Source: Phyllobates terribilis (lineage: Eukaryota). Taken from it: 64,000 nt of DNA. Shown in pieces: positions 63,515 through 64,000 of this stretch (position 1 is its first letter; every line of letters begins with the position of its first letter). A model generated the notes under the pieces. The model saw nothing but the letters and a program-made list of their open reading frames with translations, ran no database searches and was not told the origin of the DNA. The stretch lies in NCBI RefSeq assembly GCF_046119375.1, contig NW_027362831.1:6324001-6388000 (forward strand), given 5' to 3'. The position numbers and the translations under genes are program-made.

Positions 63515-64000
63515 CTATGAATCCTACCAATTTGTATAAAACAATGCTGTCCACTATTCTGGAGGAAGGCATTTATTTGTCGGGGTTTAATAACAAAATT
63601 CAGCGCTGGCAGTTACCCGATTATCCCATTTTTCATGGGCTCCCCAAAACACAAAAGGGTATCTCTCCCCCCCCTTCGCCCTATTATCTAGGGTATGGGT
63701 TCATTGAATGAGAATTTAACCAATGGCTGGTGAACATTTGTATCCTCTGGTTATTCAAACACCAGGCCATGTGAAAGATACTACGTCTGTCCTGAGGGTT
63801 TTTGACAGGTTCGTGTGGCAGGAAGAATATAGGTTTGTCACCAGCAATGTTGTCAACCTGTATTCCTCCAGCCCTCACGCATTGGCCATCATTGCCGTTC
63901 AACACCATTTAAATAAATATAGTGGATATTCTGTGAATTTAAAAAGGTTCATTATAACATAAAATATTTGTTGTCCCACAACAATTTTATGTTTGATTCT
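63515..64000 (+). mobile_element. Penelope-like RT N-terminal part (runs off the window)
   Basis: NPTNLYK, PIFHGLPKT, RPII-like region, HVKDTTSVL, VTSNVVNLYSS. Frameshifted. Confidence 0.85.

Overview
Repeat-dense vertebrate genomic DNA, most likely a frog (inferred from the FAX/KRAB-type zinc-finger exons and the repeat families). It is not prokaryotic, and no CRISPR array, rRNA or tRNA gene was seen. The host content is three tandem copies of a 6-exon FAX/KRAB-C2H2 zinc-finger gene on the + strand (units about 23577-35689, 35690-47022 and 47023-53400). Units 1 and 2 are cut inside the finger array at one shared, microhomology-associated breakpoint that supplies an in-frame TAA. Unit 3 keeps the long finger array but has one nonsense codon. 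The rest is nested mobile DNA: the 3' end of a piggyBac, two Gmr1-type Gypsy elements (gag-PR-IN-RT-RH order, SCAN-like gag), two Penelope-like elements, two DIRS1 copies duplicated with the gene, an apparently intact Tc1 (DD34E), L1 inside L1, a non-autonomous Helitron, a Harbinger MITE, solo LTRs and minisatellites. The least explained object is a short non-coding family inserted twice independently (18916-20962 and 27417-27855, the latter also copied in units 2 and 3). Both insertions have long 15-17 bp target-site duplications, inward-facing inverted ends, a shared terminus and no poly(A), and one carries a possible hammerhead-ribozyme relic. It is a candidate Penelope-dependent, retrozyme-like element. 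All calls come from reading the sequence by eye; no database searches were run.
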